From Mytilus edulis (taxonomy: Eukaryota), in the NCBI RefSeq assembly GCF_963676685.1, contig NC_092357.1, forward strand, positions 39,308,001-39,372,000: DNA of 64,000 nucleotides. The letters are read 5' to 3'. The position numbers and the translations under genes were made by a program. Position 1 is the stretch's first letter; the number at the start of each line of letters is the position of its first letter. Below are positions 61,579-64,000 of the stretch, in pieces. The notes beneath the pieces were generated by a model that worked only from the letters and a program-made list of their open reading frames with translations, was not told the DNA's origin and did not search any database.

Positions 61579-62470
61579 GAAACAAAATGGTATTCTATAC
61601 ATGTATTTCAAACCCTTCGTTCTATAGGATGAAATAAATTTTAAATTTTAAAACGATCAGTGCTTCATGAATAACCCACACTTATTTCTTTTCGTTTGCT
61701 CATTACAACGAACAAAAATGTTGCGCATATTTTAAATGTGTAAAAGATAGCAATCCAAGCAAACAGAAAGTCTTCCATTCTTCCCTATTGATTATCATCA
61801 AAGAGGAAACAAACTAACTCGCAGTGTTGAAGACCCAGGCCATTGGTGGCCTTCGACTGTTTTTTTTTTTTTTTTGGTTCTTTGGTCGAGTTGTTGTCCA
61901 TTTAACACATTCCTCATTTCCATTCTTAATTATCAGTTTTAAAAAAACCACGCATAATTAAAAAAATAAAGTCTTAAAATAAGTGAAAAACTGTTTTAAT
62001 TTCATTTAAATATTACAAGATTAACTCCATCATTTGTACAGCTGATAGAATTGTAATGTTTGCCACTGTAAATATAACATTAACAGTCGGAATGAATTTG
62101 TTTATTTTATGCATTTCTGTCGAAAATTGAATATGAACAACAATAATTGAAGTCTTGTTCAAACTTAATTCCTAGCCACGCAAATTTTATGCATTAGTAC
62201 TGTATTGAAAATTATGTCTGCAACAATATAACTAATATGTTTTTTCGGCATCTTTTGGCGGGTTTTGACTTTTATCTAAAATGTCTTTAAAAGCAAAATC
62301 ATTCATTTCAGAAGTGCATATATTCGACTTTGAGCAATCCTAATCAACTTGAATCAAGAAGAATGCTTTATACGCATGACCTTTATAGTGATTTTTTTTT
62401 TCTTTTCTTTTTTTTTCTTTTTTTTTTTTGTAAGCCTGTGAATTTCCCCGTTGCGGAATCTTATGTATTA

Positions 62471-62810
62471 CTAGAACACACTAGAACACACCCGTCATAT
62501 CGCGGGTCCGTGACTGAATTAAAGTATATAACTATGTGCAAGCCTTATTTTAGTATTACTTTTCATCTGATAAAGTCATGCCGATTATAAGATACACAGT
62601 TTTCTCTGCTTTCAAATCTTTCTGTTTGAACCCGTCGAACTGGAACTTATCAATTATTGGTAATATTAATTATTTGGATAACAAAAGGTCCTGGAATGGA
62701 GTATTTTTTAATCAACAGCATTGTCCTATGTTAGTTATAAAGTTGAATTATTTGATTCACTATTTTATGTCAAGCCCGCTAACAAATTGAAAACGGTTCC
62801 TATATATACA
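62471..62810 (-). mobile_element. Non-autonomous Helitron remnant (3' end)
   Basis: Minus strand has the hairpin ACCCG-CGATATGA-CGGGT followed by GTGTTCTAG|T. The terminal 10-mer CTAGAACACA is duplicated. Confidence 0.55.
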
Positions 62811-62811
62811 T

Positions 62812-63897
62812 CAGGGGCGTAGCTAGAAAGAAACGATCTGCAAGCAACTACCGCCGACTGAAGCGAGGCGAAAAATTTTTGGGACCCTTTTATGCAGAAT
62901 TTTTTTTTTTCGGTTTTCGGTCATTGGACGGTTAAAAGAGGAGCTACATGTTGTAATGTACATAGGACTTATAAACAATTCATGAATGCAAAACTATTTA
63001 GAAATCTTGACTTCTAAATAGAGTAAAGCATGATTAATTGAATATTTAAGCAACACATTTTTGTGATACAGAATTTACTCAAAATTGTCCAAAATCTGCT
63101 CTTCGGGAACGTCTCTATTACTTTGTCAATATTCACACTGAAATCCCGATGAATATAATGCAGTTATGCTAGCGATAATAACCTAGCTGTAGTTGTTCAT
63201 GGTTAATCATATATATATTTTCAACAGATGTAGTACACTGAACGATCTCTCCGCGCGCGGTAGCACTCGTGTTCGCCATCGAGCGACCTCCCGATTGAAT
63301 TAGACAAATTATATGCCAGGCCAGTTTCGTATGTCTCAAATAATGCAGAGATTTGTTCGTTTGTTGTATTACCGACAACACGAGGAAGCAGATAATGTGC
63401 ATAGAAGCGATTTCCTGATGATATCAGACGCGACCCCAGTTCCATTATCATGTGGTCTATGAACGCAAAATATAATGAGACTTTCCAATACTGTTTTAGC
63501 GTGTTTGCTGGGGGGATTGGCTCTGGTAGTCTGTCGAACACATCGCCTCGGCATACTTTCAACGATATCGAAGGGTACTGATAAATCTAGTGTCAATTGG
63601 TACATCGCAGTCCAAACAGTTAAACCGTACTGCCCCGAAACTACTAGAGATGATAACAAATTCAAATCTTGTAATAGAGGCAAGTTACTTTTAGTCTTTT
63701 CATCTCCAATAAAACTTTAATTTTGAAACCAAATGCCGCTATTTAATGACATTACATCATTTAAAAAAGCGATTACATATATGTGTTTCCTGTAAACATT
63801 TAATTTATACATTTTTATTTTGCCATTTTTTTTTTTTTTGCATGCCGAATTGATGTGCACGCAACTGCGTGTTGGCGTATAGGGAGCTACGCGCCTG
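62812..63897 (-). mobile_element. hAT transposon (PRKRIR/ZMYM1-like transposase), internally deleted
   Basis: TIRs CAGGGGCGTAGCT / AGCTACGCGCCTG with imperfect 8-bp flanks ATATACAT / TGTAACAT. ORF remnants MPRRCVRQTTRANP, YWKVSLYFAFIDHMIMELGSRL and IDKVIETF (dimerisation region). Confidence 0.8.
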
Positions 63898-64000
63898 TGT
63901 AACATTGTACACCTTATTTTTAGTCCAGATTTTTAGTATTCGTATTGTTATCTTAGAAAGTCTTACTGATTAAAATACTACAATAGGTAACAATTTGACA

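Overview
AT-rich, intron-containing, repeat-dense eukaryotic DNA. The gene and repeat content is most consistent with a bivalve mollusc, probably a mytilid mussel (inference). The window holds a tandem array of RING-less TRIM-like genes on the + strand (2 B-boxes, coiled coil, 6-bladed NHL-like beta-propeller). One copy is intact (26147-27802), two carry a single 1-nt frameshift (6649-8305, 42346-43994), one has lost B-box 1 and has a stop (49617-51104), one is a 3' fragment (~52875-53285), and one is a promoter-only relic (~45399-45640). The array is convergent with a type-3 copper tyrosinase on the - strand (three exons found, 56102-60423; 5' exons not found) and its pseudogenised duplicates (10297-12570, 15835-16168). 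The most notable signals are three. (i) Paralog divergence clusters in the loops predicted to form the propeller top face, with patchwork sharing of variants between copies. (ii) A fixed-spacing NF-kB + IRF/ISRE-like module lies upstream of a non-coding exon 1 in all five promoters. Together (i) and (ii) suggest an inducible, diversifying intracellular immune receptor or restriction-factor array. (iii) A decayed AcademX transposon (429-5466, TTT TSD) sits inside the promoter of copy 1. The spacers contain many TEs: Kolobok-like, Tc1, hAT, Harbinger-like, a P/Galileo-like foldback, Helitron/Helentron, Penelope-like and Tx1-like elements, plus a type I hammerhead ribozyme. All calls were made by eye; no database searches were run.
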